Shown in pieces: positions 48,305 to 57,136 of a DNA stretch of 64,000 bases. Within the stretch, counting starts at the first letter, position 1. Each line of letters opens with the position of its first letter. The position numbers and the translations under genes are program-made. The notes below the pieces were generated by a model. That model was given only the letters and a program-made list of their open reading frames with translations, had not been told where the DNA came from and did not search any database. The DNA is from an uncultured Gammaproteobacteria bacterium (GTDB lineage: Bacteria > Patescibacteriota > Microgenomatia > UBA12405), in assembly GCA_964549165.1 (NCBI GenBank), contig CAZJUH010000002.1:1896-65895 (forward strand), read 5' to 3'.

Positions 48305-50067
48305 CCAACTACACCTTAAAATTTTTTGATAAAGACACTCGGGAAAAACTTCATTTTTGGAGATTAGCCCGTCAATTTTGGCACATTTTAAAGGATGAAA
48401 AATCAAAATTAATTATTGCCACCATTTCCATCGCTGTTAATTCTGCGGCCAGCATTGCCGCTCCTTTTATTTTGGGTTATACCATTGACCATTTTATCAT
48501 CCAAAAAAATTTAAATGGCCTCACTAATTTTTCCTTAATTTTGGCCGGAATCTATTTAATCACTTTTGCGACTAATTTTATTCAGGTTCGCACCATGGGT
48601 ACTTTAGGCCAAAATATCTTATTTAAGCTCAGAAATTCCCTTTTTTCCAAAATTCAAAGCTTGCCTTTAAAATTTTTCAATCAAAATAAACTTGGTGATT
48701 TAATTTCTCGGATCAACAACGACACTGATAAATTAAATCAATTCTTTTCTCAACAATTAAACCAGTTTGTCGGCAATATTTTTACTCTTATTGGTATTGG
48801 TATCTTTATTTTCTTTATCAACTACCGTCTGGCTATGGTGACTTTATCCGCTGCTATTTTTTTGTTTATTATTACTTCAATTATTTCTCCCTGGATTGCC
48901 CGGCGCAATCGACTCAGTTTACAAAGTTTGGGTGGTCTTTCCGCCGAAGTTTCCGAAAGTCTTAATTATTTTAAAGTTATTGTCTCTTTTAACCGCCGTG
49001 ATTATTTTCGGGAAAATTTTAATCATTCCAACACTGAAAATTTTCAGATGTCCTTTCGTTCCGGTATTGCTAACAATTTAATGGGCCCCATCTATGACTT
49101 CTCTGGCAATTTGGCTACTTTATTAGTTTTACTTTATGGAATTTTTTTGATCACTCAAGGCCAACTGACAATCGGTATTTTAATTTCTTTCTTAAGTTAT
49201 ACCGATCGTTTTTATGGACCACTTCGTCAAATGGCCTCTCTTTGGGCCGGAGTTCAAACCGCCCTGGCAGCTTGGAACCGGATTTTTGAAATTCAGCACT
49301 TGAAATCGGACATGGAAATTTTACCCGAATCTAAGGAAAAAGATACCAAATCAATGATGCACTTTGAAAATGTAGTGTTTGGTTACGACGAAGAAAACCC
49401 GGTTCTGAAGAAAGTTAATTTCAATTTTCTAGAAGGCAAAACTTACGCCATTGTCGGTCCTACCGGCGGTGGTAAAAGTACCATTGCTTCGCTCATGTCT
49501 CGGCTCTACGATCCCCAAAAGGGTACCGTTTATCTCAACGATTGTGATATCCGTACTTATCAGCCCAAAGATTTATCCCAAAAAATTGGCTTTATCTTAC
49601 AGGAACAATATTTATTTACCGGTACGGTCGGGGAGAATATTGTTTACGGCAATCTGGAATTCAAAAAATATTCTAAAAAGAAACTGGAAAAATTATTAAG
49701 TGAATTAAATTTAGATTCTTTAATTAATAAATTCGAAGACGGCCTTGACACTAAAATTGTTTATAACAGTGAAAGCATTAGTCTAGGTCAAAAACAACTG
49801 ATTTCTTTTATCCGGGCTATCATCCGCCGGCCAGAATTATTAATTATGGATGAAGCTACCGCTAATATTGATACTGTTACCGAGGGCTTGTTGCAAACAA
49901 TTATTAATAAATTACCAAAAAATACCACTAAGGTTATTATTGCTCATCGTTTAAATACCATCAAAAATGCCGACGAAATCTACTTTGTTAACAATGGCCA
50001 GGTTGTCACGGCTCAGTCTCTTGAACATTCAGTCGAGATGATTACCAAAAGCAATAAGAACTCTTAA
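48301..50067 (+). CDS. ABC transporter permease/ATPase (type I exporter), subunit 2. Likely a heterodimer partner.
   Basis: Six TM segments plus an NBD (GPTGGGKST). The signature motif is degenerate (ISLGQKQL), which suggests an asymmetric heterodimer. Confidence 0.85.
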   Translation: MTNYTLKFFDKDTREKLHFWRLARQFWHILKDEKSKLIIATISIAVNSAASIAAPFILGYTIDHFIIQKNLNGLTNFSLILAGIYLITFATNFIQVRTMGTLGQNILFKLRNSLFSKIQSLPLKFFNQNKLGDLISRINNDTDKLNQFFSQQLNQFVGNIFTLIGIGIFIFFINYRLAMVTLSAAIFLFIITSIISPWIARRNRLSLQSLGGLSAEVSESLNYFKVIVSFNRRDYFRENFNHSNTENFQMSFRSGIANNLMGPIYDFSGNLATLLVLLYGIFLITQGQLTIGILISFLSYTDRFYGPLRQMASLWAGVQTALAAWNRIFEIQHLKSDMEILPESKEKDTKSMMHFENVVFGYDEENPVLKKVNFNFLEGKTYAIVGPTGGGKSTIASLMSRLYDPQKGTVYLNDCDIRTYQPKDLSQKIGFILQEQYLFTGTVGENIVYGNLEFKKYSKKKLEKLLSELNLDSLINKFEDGLDTKIVYNSESISLGQKQLISFIRAIIRRPELLIMDEATANIDTVTEGLLQTIINKLPKNTTKVIIAHRLNTIKNADEIYFVNNGQVVTAQSLEHSVEMITKSNKNS

Positions 50068-50082
50068 GAGTTAAAATAATTA

Positions 50083-50811
50083 ATGTCTTTAATCCAATCT
50101 TTAATTCTCGCTTTTGTTCAGGGTCTTACCGAATTTTTGCCTATTTCTTCTGATGGACACTTAAATTTAGTTCAATATCTTTTTGGTTTTTCCCCTTCTC
50201 TTACTTTTGATATTTATCTTCATCTTGCTACCTTTTTTTCAGTTATTTTTTTCTTCAGAAAAAGACTCTCATATTTTTTCTCAAATATAAAATATATTTT
50301 TATTGGTTCAATTCCAGTCATAGTTACTGGTTTTTTTTTAAAAGATTACATAACAACTATTTTTATTAATCCTAAACTTCTTCCTTTTTTCTTTTTAATC
50401 ACCGCCCTCTATACCCTCTTTACAAAATTTATTAAAAAACAAGATAAAAAAATCACCTATTTATCAGCCTTAATTATTGGTATATTTCAAGCTCTTGCTC
50501 TTCTCCCGGGAGTATCTCGAAGTGGGGGAACTATCTTTTCCGCCCTTCTTTTAGGTCTTTCGCCAATTAATGCTTTTAATTTTTCTTTTTCATTATTTAT
50601 TCCTGCCACATTTGGGGCAATTTTACTCGAAATAAAAAATATCTTATCTCTAAATATCCTAACCTTAAACAATCTTGTGGCTTTTATTGTTACCTTTTTA
50701 GTTGGACTACTTGCTTTAAACTTTCTTGAAAAAGCACTTACTAGCAACAGATTTTGGTTTTTCGGTATTTACACCCTAATTTTATCTCTGACTTTGTTTT
50801 TTGTTCTTTAG
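50083..50811 (+). CDS. uppP: Undecaprenyl-diphosphatase (BacA/UppP)
   Basis: GLTEFLPISSDGHL and PGVSRSG motifs. Confidence 0.85.
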   Translation: MSLIQSLILAFVQGLTEFLPISSDGHLNLVQYLFGFSPSLTFDIYLHLATFFSVIFFFRKRLSYFFSNIKYIFIGSIPVIVTGFFLKDYITTIFINPKLLPFFFLITALYTLFTKFIKKQDKKITYLSALIIGIFQALALLPGVSRSGGTIFSALLLGLSPINAFNFSFSLFIPATFGAILLEIKNILSLNILTLNNLVAFIVTFLVGLLALNFLEKALTSNRFWFFGIYTLILSLTLFFVL

Positions 50812-50963
50812 GCCTCGGCAATTTTGCCCGTAATCTGAATTTCTTTAAATTTTTTAATACTCTTGATTGTTTTTCTTAAAGCTTTAAAGCGCGCCTCAAA
50901 ATTTATTACCTCAACATAAAATTCCGACACTACCAAAAGCTCTTTATTTTTATTTTTCATATT

Positions 50964-51003
50964 TTTTAGGTTTTAGAATTTAGGCTTTAGGTTTTAGATT
51001 TTT
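50964..51003. repeat. Heptamer array TTTTAGGTTTTAGAATTTAGGCTTTAGGTTTTAGATTTTTCC, abutting the GGATCC palindrome
   Basis: Seen directly. Confidence 0.5.
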
Positions 51004-51659
51004 CCGCCAGAGGCGGATCCGCCTTTGGCTGAAGATTTTTTTTCAATTAGTTGTTTTCCAAAGCTAACGCAAAGCTGTTCGAGATCTAAAAGATGAAAAC
51101 CTTTTTTAGAAATCGCCCTTTCCATCGCCTCATTAACTTTTGTAGGTTCTTTGCAGTTAATATGCTCCGCATCGACTTCTGGATTTACGGTTTTAATCAG
51201 TTCTACCGGTATCAAAGCGATACTAGGGACACCCTTTGGAGTCGATTTTGTTTTTGTCCCCTTTGGAGTCGTCGGGCTACTTTGACCTGTCGTCAGAGAA
51301 TAGAGGTGGTTATTGGCCACGATTACGGTAATATCGATATTTAATCTGGCCGCGGCTATTAAATGACTAAGTCCTTCGCCATAAATTCCCCCGTCTCCAC
51401 CAATGGCAATTACATTTAACTCGGGATTAGCTAGTTTTATTCCCACCGCTGTCGGGATACATCGACCATGGAGGGAATGAACCCCCCAAGCCTTTACAAA
51501 ATCAGCCATATTACCGATACAGCCAATATCATAGACAATTACCGTCTTGTCTTGATCTAAATTCATTTTTGCCAAAGTATTTTGAAGTCCTGCGTAAATA
51601 ACATAATCTTCACATCCCGGACACCAGGTGGGGATAACCCCTGATCGCCAATTAGTCAT
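50994..51659 (-). CDS. korB: 2-oxoacid:ferredoxin oxidoreductase beta subunit (TPP-binding)
   Basis: CPGCGD-like motif (WCPGCED) and the TPP-binding GDGG block. Confidence 0.8.
   Translation of the reverse strand: MTNWRSGVIPTWCPGCEDYVIYAGLQNTLAKMNLDQDKTVIVYDIGCIGNMADFVKAWGVHSLHGRCIPTAVGIKLANPELNVIAIGGDGGIYGEGLSHLIAAARLNIDITVIVANNHLYSLTTGQSSPTTPKGTKTKSTPKGVPSIALIPVELIKTVNPEVDAEHINCKEPTKVNEAMERAISKKGFHLLDLEQLCVSFGKQLIEKKSSAKGGSASGGKI
51003..51032. repeat. TCCGCC-NNN-GGCGGA double-hairpin element at the 3' end of korB (minus strand). It is read in the same codon frame as the other copies and encodes [12 protein letters not shown].
   Basis: Seen directly. Its reverse complement differs by 1 nt from the rpsK/rplQ copies. 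Confidence 0.65.
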
Positions 51660-53235
51660 TGAGAGCCTCCTTTATTTCTTCCGGAAAGAATGGTCTTCCG
51701 TCATATTTTAATATTTTTTTAGTAAATTCAACTGTCATTTGTGATTTTAGCAGTGTTTCGAGCTGTGTCGTTGCATTATTTTCAATCAATATTTTTTCAT
51801 CAAAAGCATTAATTATTTGACCTATTTTAGGGTCAATTGGCCACATTCCCTTGATTTGCAAAAAGGCGTAATCTTCTTTATTATTCATTTCTTTTAAGGC
51901 CTCTAAAATTGCTCCCTTGCTTGAGCCCCAGGCGACAATAATTTTTTTGGCTTTATCGCTTCCATAAAGATTTACTTTGGGCATCGCCGTCAAAATATCT
52001 TTTATCTTATTTAATCTTAAATCAACGGCTTTTTTACTTTCCATTGCTCCTTCAACCGAAAATCCTTCATTATTATGTTCATAGCTATTATATAGTTTTA
52101 TTTTTTGCCTTTTTCCAGGGATTGCTTTTAGACTTTCAATTTTTTCTTCTTTTTCTTTATCAAAATTTTTTGTATTAGCACTGGACTCCGATAAGTTTTT
52201 ATCAGAAAGCATAATCACGGGAATATCAAATTTATTGGCCAGATTTAGTGCCAATTTACTTAATTCATAGGCTTCTTCATGGTCACCCGCGGCAAAGACT
52301 ATTTTAGGAAATTCACCGTGACCACTATGCACCGCAAAAAGTAAATCTCCTTGACTCGTCCAGGTTGGCATCCCGGTGGCTGGACCTGGCCGCTGGGAGA
52401 GGAAATAGACCACTCCTAGTCCTGCCTGAGCGTTGAAGCTGATTGTTTCTGTCATGAGCGCAAAACCACCACCTGAGGTGCCTACGGCCGCCCTAGCTCC
52501 TGCCATTGAAGCGCCTGAGGCAATTGAGGCTACGGCAATCTCATCTTCGGGATGAATTACCTTGATTTTAAATTCGTCAATATTTTTGGCTAAAAAGTGG
52601 AGTAAGCCTGAAGCTGGAGTCATGGGGTAGGCCACGAACATCTGAAGACCCGCTTTATACAGCCCCCACCCAGCCGCTTCGTTGCCGTCAACGATGATCA
52701 TTTTTTCTGCATTATTACCTTTATCTATAGGTAATTTTTGACAATTTTTCTCAGCCCAGTTATATCCTATTTCAAATGCTTTTAAATTGATAGAATCACA
52801 ACCAAAAGCCTCTTCAATATTTTTTTTAGCAAAATTCTTATCTAGATTAAGTAAAAAAGCAAGTAGCCCCAGGGAAATAGTATTGGTATAGAGATTTCCC
52901 CCAAGCTCACTACACATTTCTTTAAAAGGAATATCTATTTTACCGTCATTATCGGCAAAGACGAATGTTTCTTTTTTAAATTCGTTCTCGTGTTCTTGCC
53001 AGTGTCCAGCAACGAGTGATATAAAAATATCTAATTTTTTGTGAACACAGTAGACCTTATCAACCGAAAAACTAACCTGATAGGTATTGTGTCCTCCTCG
53101 GACTAAAGATGGATATTCCGAATAATCCTGGAGAAAATATCCGCTTTCATTTAACATTTTGGCAAGTAAGAGACCTGCCGACTTAATTCCTGTTCCTGCC
53201 GGCCCAGCAATTTTGATTGTCCATACTTTATTCAT
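51652..53235 (-). CDS. korA: 2-oxoacid:ferredoxin oxidoreductase alpha subunit, fused with an N-terminal gamma domain
   Basis: N-terminal gamma-like IAGPAGTGI, then the alpha-subunit core. Coupled to korB by an 8-nt overlap. Confidence 0.75.
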   Translation of the reverse strand: MNKVWTIKIAGPAGTGIKSAGLLLAKMLNESGYFLQDYSEYPSLVRGGHNTYQVSFSVDKVYCVHKKLDIFISLVAGHWQEHENEFKKETFVFADNDGKIDIPFKEMCSELGGNLYTNTISLGLLAFLLNLDKNFAKKNIEEAFGCDSINLKAFEIGYNWAEKNCQKLPIDKGNNAEKMIIVDGNEAAGWGLYKAGLQMFVAYPMTPASGLLHFLAKNIDEFKIKVIHPEDEIAVASIASGASMAGARAAVGTSGGGFALMTETISFNAQAGLGVVYFLSQRPGPATGMPTWTSQGDLLFAVHSGHGEFPKIVFAAGDHEEAYELSKLALNLANKFDIPVIMLSDKNLSESSANTKNFDKEKEEKIESLKAIPGKRQKIKLYNSYEHNNEGFSVEGAMESKKAVDLRLNKIKDILTAMPKVNLYGSDKAKKIIVAWGSSKGAILEALKEMNNKEDYAFLQIKGMWPIDPKIGQIINAFDEKILIENNATTQLETLLKSQMTVEFTKKILKYDGRPFFPEEIKEALND

Positions 53236-53337
53236 AATGTTTCTATTCTACTATACATTGCTTTTAATTTTAACTGTGTTAAACTACTCTCTGATTTGCG
53301 AACGCCTTCCTGCACCTCTTTAGTTGTGCTTGAATAA

Positions 53338-54597
53338 TTGTGGGCCAAATGCTCATCAATTATTATGTATCAACAAAATACTACTTCTCGTCCTGCACGC
53401 CACTTTGCTCATTTTTCCAGTCCTTCTCGCGCTTTTTCTTCACACCCTCGTTTTTCTGGGCCTTCCCGTGGTGCTCCCCATCGTCGTTTTGGCAGCATTA
53501 TTAATCCGGCCCTTTTTATTAAAAAAGCCGAGGAATTTACTAAAATTGAGGAAACTAATCCTGTTCATTCTTTTTCCGATTTTAATTTTAATTCCCAACT
53601 TTTAGCCAATATCAAGGCTAATTCTTATCTTAAACCAACTCCAATTCAAGATAAGTTAATTTCTGAAGTTATCGCTGGCCGTGACGTTCTCGGTGTCGCC
53701 AATACTGGTACCGGCAAAACCGCTGCCTTTGCCCTACCTTTAATTAATGAAATTATTAGAAACCCCCACAAAAGAATTTTAATTTTAGCTCCGACCCGTG
53801 AACTGGCTCAGCAGATTAAAGATGATTTCCGCTGCTTTACTCCTGGTCTTAAGGTGTATTTAGCTCTGGCTATTGGCGGTGCCTTTATGCGTGAACAAAT
53901 AATGGATATTCGTCGTGGTCCCAATGTCATTATTGGTACTCCGGGCCGGGTGATGGATCTCGGTCGTCGTCGGGTCATCAATTTTGCTCAGTTTGACACA
54001 CTCGTTCTCGACGAAGTCGATCGGATGCTTGATATGGGTTTTGTCGCTGATATTAAATCAGTTGTTTCTCAAATAACTCAAAAACATCAGACTTTATTTT
54101 TTTCCGCCACTGTCGATAAAAAAATAGAAACTTTAATTGACACTTTTTTGACGAATCCAGTTAAGGTTTCCGTCAAAACTACTACCACTTCTTCTCACGT
54201 TGACCAAAACGTTGTCAAAGTTGAACGTTATCGAAAAGAAGAAGTTCTCTGCGACATGTTAAAAAAACCAGAATTTAAAAAGGTTCTTATTTTTGCGTCG
54301 ACTAAAATGTATACCGAAAAACTCTATTTATCTTTACAACAAAAAGGCTTTAAAGTAGGTTCTATTCACGGCGACAAAAGACAAAGTCAGCGAATAACTA
54401 CAATTAGATCCTTTAAAAACGACAGTCTCAATATTTTAGTGGCGACCGATGTGGCCGCTAGAGGTCTTGATATTCATGATATTACCCACGTTATCAATTT
54501 TGATCAGCCAGCTACTTATGATGATTATATTCATCGTATCGGCCGCACTGGCCGGGCCGATCAAAAAGGTTACGCCCTGACCTTTATTGAGCCTTAA
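53338..54597 (+). CDS. DEAD-box ATP-dependent RNA helicase (Arg/Ser-rich N-terminal extension; the true start is uncertain)
   Basis: Q-motif, Walker A (TGTGKT), DEVD and SAT motifs, and HRIGRTGR. Confidence 0.85.
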   Translation: MWAKCSSIIMYQQNTTSRPARHFAHFSSPSRAFSSHPRFSGPSRGAPHRRFGSIINPALFIKKAEEFTKIEETNPVHSFSDFNFNSQLLANIKANSYLKPTPIQDKLISEVIAGRDVLGVANTGTGKTAAFALPLINEIIRNPHKRILILAPTRELAQQIKDDFRCFTPGLKVYLALAIGGAFMREQIMDIRRGPNVIIGTPGRVMDLGRRRVINFAQFDTLVLDEVDRMLDMGFVADIKSVVSQITQKHQTLFFSATVDKKIETLIDTFLTNPVKVSVKTTTTSSHVDQNVVKVERYRKEEVLCDMLKKPEFKKVLIFASTKMYTEKLYLSLQQKGFKVGSIHGDKRQSQRITTIRSFKNDSLNILVATDVAARGLDIHDITHVINFDQPATYDDYIHRIGRTGRADQKGYALTFIEP

Positions 54598-54643
54598 AAT
54601 CAAGCTCTTTTATTTCAAAAAGCGAAGGTGTTATACTCAAAGC

Positions 54644-55285
54644 ATGAAAAAAATAACTACTGTCAAAAAAACTGCTAGCAAAACAATTAAAAAAGCTCCC
54701 GTCATTACTCAACCTGTAAAAAAAGTTAATTTCACTCCTTTTATTGTTGTTTTAGCCCTTGCTGTTTTAGCTTTCCTTTATTACCGCTTTGGAGTCGTGG
54801 CCACCGTCAATGGCAAACCCATCTCTCGACTTGCCTATCTTCAAAATTTAATCAAGCTCGATCAAAAACAAACTTTAAAACAAATGGCCAATGAAGCCTT
54901 GATTTACCAAGAAGCTCAAAAGCAGGGAATTGAAATAGAAAAAAGTATAATTGACACTGAAATCGCCAGCATCGAAGCCAAAATAGTTGAACAAGGTCAA
55001 ACGCTTGAAGCCGCTCTAAGTGCTGAGGGTATGACTAAATCAGATCTAGAAGCCCAAATTCGAATTCAAAAAATTGCCGAAAAATTATCGAATCCCAATG
55101 TCGAGATCACTCAGGCCCAGATTGACGAATATTTAACAAAAAATAAATCTTATTTACCCGCTAATTCCACCAAGGAGCAGCTTCAAGAACTTGCCAAAAC
55201 TCAGTTAACCACCGAAATAAAAAATACGGCTGTCAACACCTGGTTTAGTGAACTCCAGAAAAACTCTCAAATCGTTATCCGCTAA
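54644..55285 (+). CDS. SurA N-terminal-domain-like periplasmic chaperone (membrane-anchored)
   Basis: TM anchor followed by a helical SurA_N-like region. Start chosen at MKKITTVKK. Confidence 0.4.
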   Translation: MKKITTVKKTASKTIKKAPVITQPVKKVNFTPFIVVLALAVLAFLYYRFGVVATVNGKPISRLAYLQNLIKLDQKQTLKQMANEALIYQEAQKQGIEIEKSIIDTEIASIEAKIVEQGQTLEAALSAEGMTKSDLEAQIRIQKIAEKLSNPNVEITQAQIDEYLTKNKSYLPANSTKEQLQELAKTQLTTEIKNTAVNTWFSELQKNSQIVIR

Positions 55286-55302
55286 TATTTTTTAAACTTA
55301 AT

Positions 55303-55335
55303 AAAAGCCCCTAAAAATTTAGGGGCTTTTTAATT
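55303..55335. terminator. Bidirectional rho-independent terminator: AAAAGCCCCTAAA-AA-TTTAGGGGCTTTT with flanking T/A runs, between convergent genes
   Basis: Seen directly: a 13-bp perfect stem with a T-run on both strands. Confidence 0.6.
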
Positions 55336-55565
55336 AATTTAATTTTTTCCTGACGATCTAATTTTTTTATTCTGGCTTCCTCAATCAAAGCTGCTGATCT
55401 ATCGGCAAATTCTGCAGAAAAGGCCACTTTTACCGGCCGTCTGGCCTTGGTATATTTTGCGCCAAGTTTAGACGAATTATGCTCTTCAATTCTTCTTTCC
55501 AAATTAGTCGTAATTCCCGTGTATAAAGTCCCATCATTACATTGCAAAATATATACAAAATACAT
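55311..55565 (-). CDS. GIY-YIG nuclease family protein (UPF0213-like)
   Basis: YFVYILQCNDGTLYTGIT...RRIEEHN motif set. Confidence 0.8.
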   Translation of the reverse strand: MYFVYILQCNDGTLYTGITTNLERRIEEHNSSKLGAKYTKARRPVKVAFSAEFADRSAALIEEARIKKLDRQEKIKLIKKPLNF

Positions 55566-55567
55566 TG

Positions 55568-55888
55568 TTAAAAAATATAAACTAATTTTTCAAAATCAAT
55601 TATTCGGTTGCTCTTATCAAGTTTAATTCCTTCGGCTTTATAAATTTTCCGACGGCTCTTATCTATTTTCGGGTCAGTCCAAATTTTACCGCTGCTATAA
55701 ACAATTCTATGCCACGGCACCTCGTCTCTTTTATCACTTTTCCATAAAATACTGGTTACCATTTGTGCCAAAATCGGATGTCCTCCCGCGGCGACGGCCA
55801 GTAAACCATATGTCGTCACTCTTCCCTTCGGAATCGATAAGGCCAGTTCCACTACTTTTCGGCTAAATTCCCCGGGCGCTTGTTTCAT
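55568..55888 (-). CDS. Alkyltransferase-like (ATL) protein. It has the MGMT DNA-binding domain, but the active-site Cys is replaced by Trp (PWHRIV).
   Basis: TYGLLA...PWHRIV, where canonical MGMT has PCHRV. Confidence 0.6.
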   Translation of the reverse strand: MKQAPGEFSRKVVELALSIPKGRVTTYGLLAVAAGGHPILAQMVTSILWKSDKRDEVPWHRIVYSSGKIWTDPKIDKSRRKIYKAEGIKLDKSNRIIDFEKLVYIF

Positions 55889-55891
55889 TTT

Positions 55892-57052
55892 TTATTTCTT
55901 CTTTTCTCTAAAATATTTTTTATTTTTTAATTTCTCTGGCAGTAAATCTTCCTTGGTGTACATGTCATAACCTTTTCCATATCCCAAATCTTTCATCAGC
56001 TTTGTTTCGGGATTAAGAATTGATAGGGGAATGGGTAAATTGCCGTAAGTTTGGACATCTTTTAAGGCGCTCATAAATGCGTCATAGGCGCTTCGGTCCT
56101 TTGGACACTTAGCGAGATATGTCACTCCATGGGCCAAATTTTCCTGACACTCAGGATAACCAATTGTTTCCACCGCCCGGAAAACCGCGTTGGCTACTAA
56201 TAATGCCGATGAAGAGGCAAGACCTATATCCTCCGATGCAAACACCACCATTCTTCTGGCAATAAATTTCGGATCTTCTCCCGCCGCCACCATTCGCGCC
56301 AGATAATAAAGTGCCGCATCCACGTCACTGGCCCGCATCGATTTGATAAACGCCGAAATTGTATTGTAATGTTCCTCGCCCTTTTTATCAAAACGTAAAA
56401 AAGAATTTTGCAGAGCATTTTTTAAAGATTCTATTTTTAAATCACCATACAAAGTTGAGGCATTATCAATCATGGTGATAGCCTGTCTGGCATCACCATT
56501 AGCCATATTGACGAGCCACTCTTTAGCACTCTTGGTCATCTTTATTTTCAAAATTTTTAGGCTCCTGTTTATGATTTCCCCCATCTCTTCCTCTGATAAT
56601 TCTTTTAAAACAAAAACTCGGCACCGGGACAATAAGGGAGCGATTACTTCAAAGCTAGGGTTCTCAGTTGTTGCTCCGATTAAAGTCAGAGCTCCCGTTT
56701 CCACATAAGGCAACAAAAAATCTTGTTGGGCTTTATTAAAACGGTGGATTTCGTCTAAAAATAAAATTTTTTTTATTAATCCGGGATTGTTTGATGAAAT
56801 TATTTTTCTAATATCATCTTTACTCGCCGACACGGCTGACATTTCGTATAGCTCAGCCTCTGCTTCTTTAGCAATTATTTTAGCCAGAGTTGTTTTCCCC
56901 ACTCCCGGAGGTCCCCAAAAAATCATTGAGAATATTTGATGATTTTCAATAGCGAGGCGCAGCGGTTTTCCTTCTCCTACTAAATGTTTTTGCCCAATAA
57001 ATTCGTCTAAATTCTTTGGTCTAAGGATGGCGGCTAGTGGTTCATTGCTCAT
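55892..57052 (-). CDS. rarA: Replication-associated recombination protein A (AAA+ ATPase RarA/MgsA)
   Basis: Walker A GPPGVGKTT, sensor motifs, and a C-terminal MgsA helical domain. Confidence 0.8.
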   Translation of the reverse strand: MSNEPLAAILRPKNLDEFIGQKHLVGEGKPLRLAIENHQIFSMIFWGPPGVGKTTLAKIIAKEAEAELYEMSAVSASKDDIRKIISSNNPGLIKKILFLDEIHRFNKAQQDFLLPYVETGALTLIGATTENPSFEVIAPLLSRCRVFVLKELSEEEMGEIINRSLKILKIKMTKSAKEWLVNMANGDARQAITMIDNASTLYGDLKIESLKNALQNSFLRFDKKGEEHYNTISAFIKSMRASDVDAALYYLARMVAAGEDPKFIARRMVVFASEDIGLASSSALLVANAVFRAVETIGYPECQENLAHGVTYLAKCPKDRSAYDAFMSALKDVQTYGNLPIPLSILNPETKLMKDLGYGKGYDMYTKEDLLPEKLKNKKYFREKKK

Positions 57053-57136
57053 GTCTCATATTATATTCTAGTTTATAATAATATAGTAACCAAAAAATTC
57101 TTATTGATTTTAATTATTTTTTTTACTTGGAAAAAA

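Noticed and set aside
43247-51032. GGATCC (BamHI) and CGTCTC/GAGACG (BsmBI) sites inside the repeats, which raised the possibility of a synthetic construct or cloning scars.
   Set aside because: The copies are diverged, partial and inverted, and embedded in a native-looking ribosomal superoperon. The restriction sites are by-products of the palindromic stems.
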